Source: Candidatus Oxydemutatoraceae bacterium (lineage in GTDB: Bacteria; Pseudomonadota; Gammaproteobacteria; Poriferisulfidales; Oxydemutatoraceae). From it: a stretch of 64,000 nucleotides of DNA. Below the pieces are notes generated by a model that did no database searches, had not been told where the DNA came from, and worked only from the letters and a program-made list of their open reading frames with translations. The stretch spans positions 1,982,637 through 2,046,636 of the forward strand of contig CBDCOZ010000003.1 of the NCBI GenBank assembly GCA_965220085.1, written 5' to 3'. Made by a program: the position numbers and the translations under genes. This document shows, one piece after another, positions 1 through 10,060 of the stretch (position 1 is its first letter; each line of letters begins with the position of its first letter).

Positions 1-79
1 TTGCGCGCATAGAAGCGATCAAACAAGTGCCGCAACAGATAGACCATCAACTGGAGTCCACATTAATCGGCAAGTAATT

Positions 80-1009
80 ATGGAAATATATTCGCGCATC
101 GCCGGCACCGGCTCCTGTCTTCCAAAACGCATCATGACCAATGCCGAGCTCGAGCAACGGGTGCAAACAAGCGACCAATGGATACGCGAGCGCACCGGCA
201 TTGAGCAGCGCCACATCGCCGGCGACGACGAGACGACCTGCGCCCTCGCCTGCCTTGCCGCCGAACGGGCGATGGAGGCGGCGCACGCGCAAGCCGAAGA
301 CATAGACCTGATCATTCTTGCGACGACGACTCCGGACAAAGTGTTTCCGAGCACCGCCTGCCTGTTGCAAAAGCGCATGGGGCTCGGCGAATGTCCGGCG
401 TTTGACATACAGGCGGTCTGCACCGGATTCGTATACGCGCTGGACATCGGCAACCGCTTCATCAAAACCGGCGGCGCGCAATGCGCGCTGATCATCGGCG
501 CCGAAGTCATGTCGCGTATTCTTGATTGGAACGACCGCTCGACATGCGTGTTGTTTGGCGACGGCGCCGGCGCTGTCGTGCTGCAAGCAAGCGATGAGCC
601 GGGCATCTGCTCAACCCACCTGCACGCCGACGGGCGCTATGAGGAACTGCTTCGCGCGGATGACAAAGTGGAAATGAAAGGCAGCGAGGTGTTTAAGATC
701 GCCGTCAGAACGCTGGGGCAGATCGTCGATGAAACGCTGCAAGAAAACAACCTCACCGCCGGGGACATCGATTGGCTGGTGCCGCATCAGGCAAACTCCC
801 GCATCCTGGCGGCGACCGCAAAAAAACTGGACATGTCTCTTGACCAAGTCATCATGAGCGTCGACAAGCACGGCAACACATCGGCGGCTTCCATTCCCCT
901 GGCTCTGGACGGGGCGGTGCGCGACGGTCGCATCCGACGCGGGCACAAGCTGTTGCTGGAAGCGTTCGGCGGCGGTTTCACGTGGGGCTCGGCGTTGTTG
1001 CGCTTCTGA
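80..1009 (+). CDS. fabH: 3-oxoacyl-ACP synthase III
   Basis: AVCTGF catalytic Cys, VPHQAN and [10 protein letters not shown] motifs, C-terminal GGGFTWG. Confidence 0.97.
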   Translation: MEIYSRIAGTGSCLPKRIMTNAELEQRVQTSDQWIRERTGIEQRHIAGDDETTCALACLAAERAMEAAHAQAEDIDLIILATTTPDKVFPSTACLLQKRMGLGECPAFDIQAVCTGFVYALDIGNRFIKTGGAQCALIIGAEVMSRILDWNDRSTCVLFGDGAGAVVLQASDEPGICSTHLHADGRYEELLRADDKVEMKGSEVFKIAVRTLGQIVDETLQENNLTAGDIDWLVPHQANSRILAATAKKLDMSLDQVIMSVDKHGNTSAASIPLALDGAVRDGRIRRGHKLLLEAFGGGFTWGSALLRF

Positions 1010-1067
1010 CCCGCGCCGGGCGAACGCGTCGCGACAGCCCGCGGACGTCGGGCATAATATACAGACT

Positions 1068-2906
1068 ATGCTTGCGACGACGGACACACAGCGGACATTA
1101 AAGGAACGTGTCAAAACACTGGGACACGACCCGGGCGTGTACCGGATGCTGGATCGGCAAGGCACGATCATTTATGTCGGCAAGGCGCGCAATCTGAAAA
1201 AACGCGTCGGTTCGTACTTTAGCAAGAGCAAACTGAGTCCGAAGACGAAAGCGCTGATGGCGCAAACCCACGACATCGACTGCGTGATCACGCAGTCCGA
1301 AGTGGAAGCCTTGTTGCTTGAGAACAACCTGATAAAAAAGCACCGGCCGCGCTACAACGTATTCTTCCGCGACGACAAAAGCTACCCGTATATCCATATA
1401 TCCGCCGACGAATTTCCGCGCGTGACCTTCTACCGCGGCAACCGCAAGAGCGCCGGTCGCTACTTCGGCCCCTACCCCAATGTGCTGGCGGTGCGTGAAA
1501 CCTTGAACCTGTTGCAAAAATTATTCAAGTTGCGCCAGTGCAGAAATTCTTTTTTTAAAAACCGTTCGCGGCCCTGCCTTCAATATCAGATTAAACGTTG
1601 CGACGCCCCCTGTGTCGGCCTGACCGGCACGGAGCATTACCGCGAACAGTTGTCACTTGCGGTCGAGTTGCTGTCCGGCAACAGCCGCAAGGTAATAGAA
1701 ACCCTGATAAACAAAATGGAAACGGCGGCAAGCGATATGCAATACGAAGAAGCCGGCGCCCGCCGCGATCAAATCGCCCTGCTCAGAAAAGTATCCGAAC
1801 AGCAATCGGTCAGCTCCGACGGCGGCGACAGCGACATTATCGCCTGCCGTTTTGAGGGGCGGTGTGCCTGCGTTCAGGTGTTCAATATCCGCGGCGGCTT
1901 AAACATCGGCAATAAAACTTTCTACCCGCAACTGCCGGATAGCGATGTTGATGTCGGAATAATTCTGACAGCATTTACCGGACAATATTATCTGACCCAC
2001 AAGCCGCCCGATGAGATTATCTTCAGCGACAAACCGGCTGATGAGGCAACGCTGGCAGCGATGTTGAGTACAAAAGCGGGCAAAAATGTGAAGCTGACGA
2101 ATACGCCGGCGGGCAAGAAGCGGCGCTGCCTGCTACTTGCAATCAAGAATACCGAAAACGCATTGAAAACACGCCTGACATCGCGCAAAGGGATACACGA
2201 ACGATTGCAAAGCCTGCAAGAAGCGCTGGATTTACCCGACCTGCCGCGACGCATTGAATGTTTTGATATCAGCCATACGATGGGCGAGAAAACAGTCGCC
2301 TCGTGTGTCGTGTTTGATCAGCAAGGTGCTAACAAACAGGAGTATCGCCGCTTTAACATCAGCGGGATCACGCCCGGCGATGATTGCGCCGCCATGCGTC
2401 AGGCGGTCACGCGCCGTTACCGGCGGCTCAAACGCGGCGAGGCAAAACTTCCCGATGTCCTGCTCATCGACGGCGGTAAAGCGCAAACCGGGGAAGCGAG
2501 GGCTGTTCTGAAAGAGTTGGAAATTGAAAATGTTGAAGTGATCGGCGTAGCCAAGGGGGTAGAACGCAAGGCCGGTGAAGAGACACTGATTTGCGGGGAT
2601 TTTGGCGAGACGATGAAACTGCCTCCCGATTCTGCCGCCTTGCACCTGATTCAACAAATCCGCGATGAGGCACATCGCTTTGCCATCACCGGACACAAGC
2701 TGCGGCGGTCAAAGACGCGCAAAAGATCAACGCTGGAAGATATTGCGGGCATCGGCCCGGGGCGGCGGCGCAACTTGCTTAAATACTTTGGCGGCGCGCA
2801 GGCGATTGAAGCGGCCGGCATAGACGAGATCGGCAAAGTGCCGGGAATCAGCAAACGCATCGCCGGGCTGATTTACGAAGCGATGCACCGCAAGGAGACC
2901 GACTGA
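1068..2906 (+). CDS. uvrC: Excinuclease ABC subunit C
   Basis: GIY-YIG N-terminus (PGVY...YVGKA), ECFDISH, LIDGGK, RDEAHRFA, C-terminal HhH. Confidence 0.97.
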   Translation: MLATTDTQRTLKERVKTLGHDPGVYRMLDRQGTIIYVGKARNLKKRVGSYFSKSKLSPKTKALMAQTHDIDCVITQSEVEALLLENNLIKKHRPRYNVFFRDDKSYPYIHISADEFPRVTFYRGNRKSAGRYFGPYPNVLAVRETLNLLQKLFKLRQCRNSFFKNRSRPCLQYQIKRCDAPCVGLTGTEHYREQLSLAVELLSGNSRKVIETLINKMETAASDMQYEEAGARRDQIALLRKVSEQQSVSSDGGDSDIIACRFEGRCACVQVFNIRGGLNIGNKTFYPQLPDSDVDVGIILTAFTGQYYLTHKPPDEIIFSDKPADEATLAAMLSTKAGKNVKLTNTPAGKKRRCLLLAIKNTENALKTRLTSRKGIHERLQSLQEALDLPDLPRRIECFDISHTMGEKTVASCVVFDQQGANKQEYRRFNISGITPGDDCAAMRQAVTRRYRRLKRGEAKLPDVLLIDGGKAQTGEARAVLKELEIENVEVIGVAKGVERKAGEETLICGDFGETMKLPPDSAALHLIQQIRDEAHRFAITGHKLRRSKTRKRSTLEDIAGIGPGRRRNLLKYFGGAQAIEAAGIDEIGKVPGISKRIAGLIYEAMHRKETD

Positions 2907-3457
2907 TGCTGCCGACTGTCTTAACATTCACACGCATCGCCGCAGTACTGCTGCTGGTAATCGTGTTTTACCTGCCCTTCTCACAGACACATTTGTGGTG
3001 TGCGATTATCTTTGCTTTCGCGATGCTTACCGATGTGTTTGACGGCTACCTGGCGCGCAAATTCGATCAAGAGAGTTCGTTCGGCGCGTTTCTTGATCCG
3101 GTCGCCGACAAACTCATCGTCAGCGTTGCGATCATCTTGTTGGTCAGCGCCAACCCGTCCGTCTTCGTCGTCTTGCCCTCGCTGGTGATCATCTGTCGCG
3201 AGATCACCATGCTGGCCTTGCGCGAATGGATGGCCGGAATCGGACAACGCGAACTGGTCGCGGTCACGATGGTCGCAAAAATGAAAACAATCAGTCAGGC
3301 GATTGCGATCACGCTGATGTTCTATCGCGAGCCCATCGGCGAGTGGGACGTGTACCAAACCGGTTTGGCACTGCTGTACATCTCCGCGACCCTGACGCTG
3401 ACATCCATGGCGACATACCTAAAGATTGTGTCAAAGAACGTGAAGTGGTCGGACTAG
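2906..3457 (+). CDS. pgsA: CDP-diacylglycerol--glycerol-3-phosphate 3-phosphatidyltransferase
   Basis: DGYLAR...GAFLDPVADK motif; canonical position after uvrC. Confidence 0.95.
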   Translation: MLPTVLTFTRIAAVLLLVIVFYLPFSQTHLWCAIIFAFAMLTDVFDGYLARKFDQESSFGAFLDPVADKLIVSVAIILLVSANPSVFVVLPSLVIICREITMLALREWMAGIGQRELVAVTMVAKMKTISQAIAITLMFYREPIGEWDVYQTGLALLYISATLTLTSMATYLKIVSKNVKWSD

Positions 3458-3476
3458 TGTTGAGCAAAAGAGAAGG

Positions 3477-3552
3477 TGGAGCGGGAAACGAGGTTCGAAC
3501 TCGCGACCTCAACCTTGGCAAGGTTGCGCTCTGCCAGCTGAGCTATTCCCGC
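3477..3552 (-). tRNA. tRNA-Gly(GCC)
   Basis: Reverse complement GCGGGAATAGCTCAG...CTTGCCAAG...GTTCGAACC...CCCGCTCCA, 76 nt. Confidence 0.95.
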
Positions 3553-3569
3553 GCCGTCGCCATATTCTA

Positions 3570-4049
3570 TTGCTTCTTGCGCGTTTTTACCAGCCCATTC
3601 TCGTTTCCGCATGCCCGGCGCATATGCCGCCCCGCCTGATGACCGACAAACGCGCGGATAAATATGGCTTGATTGCCGGCGCTGCCGTTTTGGGGCTGGT
3701 ATCCGTCGTATACGACGCGCTTGGCAGCCACTTGCTGGAACTATCCGCCAAGCAAGCCGGCAGCTTGGGTGTGGCCACCCACTATGGCATCGTCCATGCG
3801 GTGCTGATAATCGGACTGGCGCTGATGCGTTTTACCGATATGCCCGCTGCGGTTGTGAAAAGACTCTCCGTAGCGGGGACAATATTCTGTGTCGGTGCCA
3901 TTCTATTCTCATTCAGTATCTATATCTCCGTCTCAACAGGAATACCGCAAGTGACCGCCATCACCCCGCTGGGAGGCATCGCACTGATGGGCGGGTGGCT
4001 CTCCCTGTTGTGGGTCGGCGCAGGTTTCAGAAAACGCAACGCCGGATAA
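3570..4049 (+). CDS. DUF423/YgdD (TMEM256-like) membrane protein; start uncertain
   Basis: ALGSH...HYGIVHA...LFSFSIY...ITPLGG pattern, four hydrophobic segments. Confidence 0.8.
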   Translation: MLLARFYQPILVSACPAHMPPRLMTDKRADKYGLIAGAAVLGLVSVVYDALGSHLLELSAKQAGSLGVATHYGIVHAVLIIGLALMRFTDMPAAVVKRLSVAGTIFCVGAILFSFSIYISVSTGIPQVTAITPLGGIALMGGWLSLLWVGAGFRKRNAG

Positions 4050-4174
4050 AGCCGGTGTCAGGCGGTTTATCCTGTTATGGGCCGATAGATATGCCGGCCG
4101 GTGTACTGATAAACAAGACAAGCTGCGATAAATACTGGATAATATGCGCTGCGGAAATAATATGCCGCAACATT

Positions 4175-4248
4175 GGCTAGTTGGCAGAGTGGTTATGCAG
4201 CGGCCTGCAAAGCCGTGGACGCCGGTTCGATTCCGGCACTAGCCTCCA
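4175..4248 (+). tRNA. tRNA-Cys(GCA)
   Basis: GGCTAGTTGGCAGAGTGG...CTGCAAA...GGTTCGATTCC...CTAGCCTCCA. Confidence 0.93.
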
Positions 4249-4249
4249 T

Positions 4250-4333
4250 GCCCGGGTGGCGGAATTGGTAGACGCAAGGGACTTAAAATCCCTCGGGCGT
4301 ATGCCCGTGCCGGTTCGACTCCGGCCCCGGGCA
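4250..4333 (+). tRNA. tRNA-Leu(TAA)
   Basis: GCCCGGGTGGCGGAATTGGTAGACGC...CTTAAAA...long variable arm...GGTTCGACTCC; CCA not encoded. Confidence 0.93.
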
Positions 4334-4461
4334 TTCCTTAAATGACGCACCCTCGTTAAGAAAGCAAAGCGCGAAACGCCTTGATATAAAAGTCATACGC
4401 TTGGCAATATACGCTAATAGATACATGTTAAAATAGCGCACCTTATGCCGGTTATCGACAG

Positions 4462-5430
4462 ATGGTACATCAAACAGAAATCAACAACCTGAAAGAGCAA
4501 CTCACGCAACGCGTTGTCGGTCAGGAGCAGTTAGTCGAGCGGTTACTGATCGCGCTGTTAGCCGACGGGCATCTGCTCGTTGAAGGTGCGCCGGGGCTTG
4601 CGAAGACAAGAGTCATCCGGGTGCTTGGCGAGAGCATAGACGGCGATTTCTGCCGTATCCAATTTACTCCCGATCTGTTGCCGGCCGACTTGACGGGAAC
4701 CGAGATATACCGCCCTCAGGATGGTAGCTTCACATTTCAACAAGGCCCTTTATTCCACAACATCATCCTTGCCGACGAGATTAATCGCGCACCGGCAAAA
4801 GTCCAATCGGCATTACTTGAAGCGATGGCGGAACGGCAGATAACGGTCGGCGGGCAAACATTCTCACTGCCGCAACTGTTTCTGGTGATGGCAACACAAA
4901 ACCCGATTGAACAGGAGGGAACTTACCCTCTGCCGGAAGCGCAACTTGACCGTTTCCTGATGCACGTGACGGTGGATTACCCGTCGGTTGATCAGGAGCA
5001 GTCCATCCTCCGACTGGTGCGCGGCGAACAGCTTGAAGAAATGCAGAACACCGAGCAGACCATCAGCAAAATCTCCCAGCAAAGTATCTTTGATACACGC
5101 AAAGAGATTGTGAACCTGCATATGTCGGACGAAATTGAACGCTACATCGTTGAGTTGGTACTGGCAACCCGCAATATGGCGGCTTACGGTGACGACATCG
5201 CCCATTGGTTGCAATACGGCGCCAGTCCGCGCGCGACCATAGCACTTGACCGCTGCGCACGCGCACACGCATGGCTCAATGAACGGGACTATGTCACGCC
5301 GCATGATGTGCAGGCAATCACGCCGGATGTAATGCGCCACCGCTTGATTCTGAATTACGAAGCGGAAGCCGAAGGCATTACAGCCGACAAAACAATATCG
5401 GAATTGATCAGCCGCATCGCGGTTCCTTAA
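4462..5430 (+). CDS. moxR: MoxR family AAA+ ATPase
   Basis: LLVEGAPGLAKT, RIQFTPDLLPAD, LADEINRA, ATQNPIEQEGTYPLPEAQLDRF. Confidence 0.95.
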   Translation: MVHQTEINNLKEQLTQRVVGQEQLVERLLIALLADGHLLVEGAPGLAKTRVIRVLGESIDGDFCRIQFTPDLLPADLTGTEIYRPQDGSFTFQQGPLFHNIILADEINRAPAKVQSALLEAMAERQITVGGQTFSLPQLFLVMATQNPIEQEGTYPLPEAQLDRFLMHVTVDYPSVDQEQSILRLVRGEQLEEMQNTEQTISKISQQSIFDTRKEIVNLHMSDEIERYIVELVLATRNMAAYGDDIAHWLQYGASPRATIALDRCARAHAWLNERDYVTPHDVQAITPDVMRHRLILNYEAEAEGITADKTISELISRIAVP

Positions 5431-5432
5431 CC

Positions 5433-6365
5433 ATGTCTGCCGATGCGGCCACAATACCGCAATCAACCGATAATGAGGCTGTCGCAGTCTCATCCACCTC
5501 GCTGATTGCATTGGCACACGCCGCGCGCGGGCTCTCGCTAAACCCCAAACAGATCCGCGCGCGCACCAGCGATACGATGCAATCCCGCTTCAAGGGTCGC
5601 GGCATGGAATATGACGAGTCGCGCCCTTATCAACCGGGTGATGATGTGCGCCATCTGGATTGGCGCGTGACAGCGAGAAGCAATGCGACCTATACGAAAA
5701 CATTTCAGGAAGAACGCGAACGACCGGTGTTCTTGTGGGTGGATAACCGCGGGCCGATGTTCTTTGCAACACGCGGCAAATTCAAATCGGTTGTTGCGGC
5801 GGAAATAGCGGCGCTGCTGGGTTGGAGCGCCACACACCGCGGCGATCGCGTCGGCGGCGCGGTATTTTTCGGTGAAGAACACCACGAGGTAAAGCCCATG
5901 CGCGGGCGACGCGGCATCCTGCGCTTGCTCCATTACCTGTCGCAACCGCCCCTTGACGGGATCAGTGACACAGCACTCGGCATACCGCTGAACAGAATGT
6001 CGCGCATCGCCCGCCCCGGCAGTCTGGTTATCCTGATCAGCGACTTTCGCCAGTGCGATGAGCGGGCACAGACTAATCTGCGGCGCCTTGCGGCGCACAG
6101 CGAGTTGGTTATGCTTCAGGTGTATGACACGCTCGAACAAGAACTGCCGCCGCCGGGGGATTATCGGGTCAGCGACGGGCGCAACGAGGTGCGGTTTGCT
6201 TCGCGCGATAGCGCCTTGCGCAAAACCTATCGCGATGCGTTTGCGCAGCGCACGCAACTGACGATGAGTCTGGCAAAGAAACTGCGTTCTGCGTATCTTC
6301 GCTGTCGCACAAGCGATAATCCTCTGACCGTGTTGAAAGGAACGTTTGGAGCCCGCAGCCGATGA
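5433..6365 (+). CDS. DUF58 domain protein
   Basis: GRGMEYDESRPYQPGDDVRHLDWRVTAR motif; follows moxR. Confidence 0.92.
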   Translation: MSADAATIPQSTDNEAVAVSSTSLIALAHAARGLSLNPKQIRARTSDTMQSRFKGRGMEYDESRPYQPGDDVRHLDWRVTARSNATYTKTFQEERERPVFLWVDNRGPMFFATRGKFKSVVAAEIAALLGWSATHRGDRVGGAVFFGEEHHEVKPMRGRRGILRLLHYLSQPPLDGISDTALGIPLNRMSRIARPGSLVILISDFRQCDERAQTNLRRLAAHSELVMLQVYDTLEQELPPPGDYRVSDGRNEVRFASRDSALRKTYRDAFAQRTQLTMSLAKKLRSAYLRCRTSDNPLTVLKGTFGARSR

Positions 6366-6820
6366 ACCCGGAAGCGATCGGCGAACTCCTTGCGCAACTG
6401 ACGATGAGTCTGGCAAAGAAACTGCGTTCTGCTTATCTTCGGTGTCGCACAAGCGATAATCCTCTGACCGTGTTGAAAGGAACGTTTGGAGCCCGCAGCC
6501 GATGAACCCGGAAGCGATCGGCGAACTCCTTGCGCAACTGACGATGAGTCTGGCAAAGAAACTGCGTTCTGCTTATCTTCGGTGTCGCACAAGCGATAAT
6601 CCTCTGACCGTGTTGAAAGGAACGTTTGGAGCCCGCAGCCGATGAACCCGGAAGCGATCGGCGAACTCCTTGCGCAACTGACGATGAGTCTGGCAAAGAA
6701 ACTGCGTCCTGCTTATCTTCGGTGTCGCACAAGCGATAATCCTCTGACCGTGTTGAAAGGAACGTTTGGAGCCCGCAGCCGATGAACCCGGAAGCGATTG
6801 GCGAACTCCTTGCGCAACTG
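6253..6820. repeat. Tandem repeat, 4 x 140 bp, spanning the DUF58 stop / DUF4381 start overlap
   Basis: ACGATGAGTC at 6261, 6401, 6541, 6681; CGCAACTG at both ends. Confidence 0.95.
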
Positions 6821-7297
6821 CGCGATATTCGCTTGCCCGAACCTCCCGGTTGGTGGCCGCCGGCGCCCGGTTGGTGGATCCTGGCAGCGATACTGGCAGC
6901 GTCGATTGCGGGCGGTATCTGGCGGCGGCGGCAACACATCGCGCATATCAATTCGCCGCGCTATCTGGCGCTTGAGCAACTTGATATATTGCGCGCGCGC
7001 TATCGCGCGGACCATGATGCGCAGCGCTTGCTGGCAGACATCTCCGCTCTGATGCGGCGCGTCGCGCTGAGCATCGGGCCGCGACGGGAAGTCGCCTCGC
7101 TGACCGGCGAACAGTGGCTTGATTGGATTAACAGACATACGAGCGGCGCGCCGCTTGATGAAAACATTGCGCGGACTCTGATCGATGCGCCGTATCGCCC
7201 GACGGCGCAAAGCGATGCCGAGGCGATACTGCGGGCGTGCGAAGAATGGGCCGAAGGGCTTGAGAGCAAGCGGGGGCAAAGCGATGCTGCACTTTGA
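6782..7297 (+). CDS. DUF4381 domain protein
   Basis: LRDIRLPEPPGWWPPAPGWW and LTGEQWLDW motifs in the moxR operon. Confidence 0.9.
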   Translation: MNPEAIGELLAQLRDIRLPEPPGWWPPAPGWWILAAILAASIAGGIWRRRQHIAHINSPRYLALEQLDILRARYRADHDAQRLLADISALMRRVALSIGPRREVASLTGEQWLDWINRHTSGAPLDENIARTLIDAPYRPTAQSDAEAILRACEEWAEGLESKRGQSDAAL

Positions 7298-8273
7298 ATG
7301 GCTCTGGGTCTGGTTCCTGCTGCCGCTGCCGCTGTTGATACGCTGGCTGATGAAGCCGGCGCCGACGCATAGCCGCGCCGCTTTGCGTATTTCTTTCATC
7401 GACGATTTCTCATTCGGCGACACAGAACGCGGCGGCTTCGGCCCTGCGCACCGTTGGTTACTGATATCGGCGGGAGCGGCGTGGTTGCTTCTGGTCATCG
7501 CCGCCAGCCGTCCGCAGTGGGTCGATGAGATTACCAAGATACAAGCGAGCGGTCGCGACTTGATGCTCGCAGTCGATATTTCCGGCAGCATGAAGACCGA
7601 AGATTTCGCATTGAACAATCGCCGCGCGACGCGGCTGCAAGTCGCCCGTTCGGTGGCTGCCGATTTCATTAAGCAGCGCGAGGGAGACCGCATCGGCCTC
7701 ATCGTTTTCGGCGCGGAACCGTACTTGCAGATGCCGCTGAGTTTTGATTTGGAGACGGTGCGGGATATGCTCAACTCGACTTTTATCGGCCTCGCCGGCG
7801 AGAAGGCGACCGCGATAGGCGACTCTATCGGTCTGGCGATCAAACGCTTGCGCGCGTACGAGGAGAGCAACCGTGTGCTGATACTGCTGACCGACGGGAT
7901 CAACAACGCCGGCAACATCAACCCGATGGATGCCGCCGATGTCGCCGCGCAACAAGGCATGAAGATTTATACCATCGGCATCGGCTCGGTAGGGAGAAGC
8001 GTGTTCTCTCTGCAACCGGCGCCCGAACTGGACGAGGACACGCTGAAAAAGGTCGCACAAAAAACCGGCGGGCGGTATTTCCGCGCGACCAACACCAAAG
8101 AGCTCAGAGAAATCTACGCTATCTTGGACAAGTTGGAGGTGATAGAACGCGATCAAAAGACGGTCGCGCTCTATACCGAGTTGTACCCGTGGCCGTTGGC
8201 CCTGGCGGGTCTGATCGCGTTTCTGCTGTTGCTGGCCAATATATTGCAAAGGGGGCTGTCATGGAGTTCTTGA
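7284..8273 (+). CDS. BatA-like VWA domain protein
   Basis: MIDAS motif DISGSM, GDRIGLIVFG, TAIGDSIGLA, LLTDG; ATG at 7284 chosen as start. Confidence 0.9.
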   Translation: MLHFEWLWVWFLLPLPLLIRWLMKPAPTHSRAALRISFIDDFSFGDTERGGFGPAHRWLLISAGAAWLLLVIAASRPQWVDEITKIQASGRDLMLAVDISGSMKTEDFALNNRRATRLQVARSVAADFIKQREGDRIGLIVFGAEPYLQMPLSFDLETVRDMLNSTFIGLAGEKATAIGDSIGLAIKRLRAYEESNRVLILLTDGINNAGNINPMDAADVAAQQGMKIYTIGIGSVGRSVFSLQPAPELDEDTLKKVAQKTGGRYFRATNTKELREIYAILDKLEVIERDQKTVALYTELYPWPLALAGLIAFLLLLANILQRGLSWSS

Positions 8274-10060
8274 GCGATTTTCATTTTTTGCGGCCGTGGT
8301 GGTTTGTCGCCATCGTGCCGCTGGCTGTCGCGCTCTGGTTGCTCGCTAAGATGCAGTCGGGAGAGAAGAGTTGGGAGACGATCTGCGACCGCCACCTGCT
8401 GCCGCACATCCTGATCGGGCGCGATACGACGAGCAGCAAAAAATTTATGCTCGCGCTTGCCGCCGCGATCGGCGCGGTATCCATTCTCGCCCTTGCCGGG
8501 CCCGCTGCGGAAAAACAACAGCAGCAGGTGTTTGAAAACGAATCCGCTCTGGTCGTCGTGTTTGACCTGTCGCGCTCGATGAATGCGGTGGACATACCGC
8601 CGAGCCGTCTGGTGCGCGCGCGGTATAAGATCAGCGACCTGATCAATCGTTACCAAAGCGGCGGGCAGTTTGCGCTGGTGACGTATGCCGCCGATGCGTT
8701 TACTGTCATGCCGCTTACCGACGACACCGCGGCATTTGAAATGTACTTGTCGTCCCTGAATAGCGGTATGCTGCCGGAACAAGGCAGCCGCCCCGATCTG
8801 GCGCTGGAACATTCCGCCGCGCTGGTCGAGCAGGCCGGCTTGGAGCGGGGAGACATACTGCTGGTCAGCGATTATGTCGACAGCGACCGCAGTCACGCCA
8901 TGGCCAAGGACCTGGCGCAGCGGGGATACCGCATTTCGGTACTCGGCGTCGGCAGCAAAGAAGGCGCGCCGATTCGGGTGAACGGCAACATCTTCACCCA
9001 CAACGGCAAGACCGTCGTCGCGCATTTTGATGCGGCGCCTTTGCGCGAACTTGCCAAGCTCGGCAACGGCATCTACAGGCAGTTAGACCCCACCGGCGAG
9101 AGCGATATCGCCGCGCTCAACGAGTTGTTTGAGTCCGCGCCGAAATTGCCGGCGGAAGACGGCTCATCGCAGGTGTTCGGCGAGGCCTGGAAAGAACAGG
9201 GGCCGTGGTTGGTGTTGCTGTTATTGCCGTTGGCGGCTCTCGGTTTCAGGCGCGGGCTCTTAGTCGCCGCGCTTGCTATCACGCTCCCTCTGCCACAACC
9301 GGCGACGGCCAACTGGTGGGATGATCTGTGGCAGCGCGGCGACCAGCAAGCGATGGAAGCATTTGAAAAGGGCGACACCGAGACCGCCGCCGAACTGTTT
9401 GATGACCCGAGGTGGCGGGCGGCGAGCAGTTTTCGCAGCGGCAATTATCGGCAGGCGCAACAGGCGCTTGAGAAACCGCAGAGCGCCGGCGACTGGTATA
9501 ACCTTGGCAATGCGCAAGCGCACGGGGGTAATTTTGAGGGGGCGATCAAATCGTACAAGCGCTCTATTGAGCTTGACCCTGCGATGGAAGATGCGCAACA
9601 CAACATGGGCATCGTCAGACAGTTGTTGCAAGAGCAACAGGCGCAAGCCGGCGAAGGCGATGAGGAGGACGCCGAAGGAGAAGAAGCGGAAGGACAACAG
9701 GGCGAAGCCGAACAACAAGACGGTTCCGAGGCGGAACAGGCGGGGCAGGCGGACAGCTCCGGCGATGAAAACGATCCGGATGATGCTTCCGAGCAAGAAG
9801 CCGGCAAAGAGGAGCAAGAGCAGGCCGACTCCGGCGCGCAAGGAAACGAGGAGCAGGAACAGTCCGCCGCCGACGAGCAAGACGATGAGGAAGCGCAAAC
9901 CGGCGCTAACGAGGGAGAGACGATGCCCGAGGACAAGCAGGCGATAGAACAGTGGTTGCGTCAGGTTGAGGACAATCCGTCGCGGATGTTGCAACGCAAG
10001 TTTCGTTATCAGCAGAGAAAGGAAAACAAAAATACCGAGGAGGGGGAAAACCCATGGTGA
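8261..10060 (+). CDS. BatB/BatC-like VWA + TPR protein with acidic linker
   Basis: FHFLRPWW, DLSRSM, TPR (WYNLGNA...AQHN), E/Q-rich tail, EQWLRQVEDNP..LQRKF. Confidence 0.9.
   Translation: MEFLSDFHFLRPWWFVAIVPLAVALWLLAKMQSGEKSWETICDRHLLPHILIGRDTTSSKKFMLALAAAIGAVSILALAGPAAEKQQQQVFENESALVVVFDLSRSMNAVDIPPSRLVRARYKISDLINRYQSGGQFALVTYAADAFTVMPLTDDTAAFEMYLSSLNSGMLPEQGSRPDLALEHSAALVEQAGLERGDILLVSDYVDSDRSHAMAKDLAQRGYRISVLGVGSKEGAPIRVNGNIFTHNGKTVVAHFDAAPLRELAKLGNGIYRQLDPTGESDIAALNELFESAPKLPAEDGSSQVFGEAWKEQGPWLVLLLLPLAALGFRRGLLVAALAITLPLPQPATANWWDDLWQRGDQQAMEAFEKGDTETAAELFDDPRWRAASSFRSGNYRQAQQALEKPQSAGDWYNLGNAQAHGGNFEGAIKSYKRSIELDPAMEDAQHNMGIVRQLLQEQQAQAGEGDEEDAEGEEAEGQQGEAEQQDGSEAEQAGQADSSGDENDPDDASEQEAGKEEQEQADSGAQGNEEQEQSAADEQDDEEAQTGANEGETMPEDKQAIEQWLRQVEDNPSRMLQRKFRYQQRKENKNTEEGENPW

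Noticed and set aside
9650-9930. Acidic E/Q-rich low-complexity stretch as a novel repeat protein
   Set aside because: A normal disordered linker in BatB/BatC-type TPR proteins
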